Under the pieces are notes generated by a model. The model saw only the letters and a program-made list of their open reading frames with translations, made no database searches and was not told the DNA's origin. From contig NC_043006.1 in the NCBI RefSeq assembly GCF_006345805.1, forward strand, positions 69,750,001-69,814,000: a stretch of DNA of 64,000 nt, written 5' to 3'. Both the position numbers and the translations under genes were made by a program. Below, piece after piece: positions 63,570 through 64,000 of this stretch. Numbering within the stretch: the first letter of the stretch is position 1; the number at the start of each line of letters is the position of its first letter. This stretch comes from Octopus sinensis (Eukaryota).

Positions 63570-64000
63570 ACATGGATTTCCAGAAAAATAGGACGAATGC
63601 TGCCGTTGATTATCTCCAAGAGGCCATCGCCTCTAGCTAGCTATGTGACACACGAACCCGTGTCCATTATAACCTTCGAACAGGGGAGTTCAGCCGCTTC
63701 CCCTTGCTGGCCTGGCATCTACAGGCTAGTTTCAGGGTATTTCCAGATGTCCTTGACCTAACAGTGCTACCGAGGTGTGCTGCCGATTTGAGATAAACTC
63801 TACAGGCACGGATGTGCTATCAGACGGGCTTGTCTAAGGGCGCGCTGAGTGACGAAACTGTTCTGCACGCCCTCGTTCAGTGTCCGAGCATTACTGACTT
63901 GTGGGGGTATGTCAAACAGCTGCTGTCACGTGTTGGACAGATCCATCTGTCGGCCGAGCCTGTAGTGATGATCGCATCGCCGCCCTCCTTCAATCGGGCA
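63570..64000 (+). mobile_element. L1/Tx1-clade LINE ORF2 C-terminal (zf-RVT) fragment, runs off the window
   Basis: FQMSLT*QCYRGVLPI*DKLYRHG..C..SDETVLHALVQCPSITDLWGYV. Confidence 0.8.

Noticed and set aside
54-63761. Dozens of ORFs rich in HT/CV/YI/SL dipeptides, including 215-289 aa ORFs at 13338-14211 and 22736-23383
   Set aside because: They are translations of (CA)n, (TA)n, (CT)n and derived minisatellites, with no domain-like sequence.

Overview
AT-rich, microsatellite-saturated metazoan DNA. The SINE families look like those of octopus (inferred from repeat content, not from a database search). The only host coding sequence I can support is one 539-nt minus-strand exon (2697->2159) encoding the N-terminal 180 aa of an SLC1A/EAAT glutamate transporter; the rest of that gene lies left of the window. 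The other ~61 kb is upstream or 5'-intronic sequence packed with three tRNA-derived SINE families, LINE remnants (RTE, CR1-like, CRE-like, R4/Dong-like, L1/Tx1-like), four distinct Tc1/mariner remnants (one with DD36E spacing), non-autonomous Helitron-like elements and several MITEs/foldbacks. Best leads: (1) a 739-bp foldback whose arms carry Penelope-type minimal hammerhead ribozyme motifs, one with an intact core, plus two more hammerhead remnants elsewhere; (2) a SINE that recurs as head-to-tail multimers joined at one palindromic junction; (3) an inverted duplication plus Helitron/foldback pile-up inside one SINE; (4) many fold-back structures that could form dsRNA if the locus is transcribed. 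Almost all ORFs in the supplied track are microsatellite artefacts. All coordinates and alignments were read by eye.
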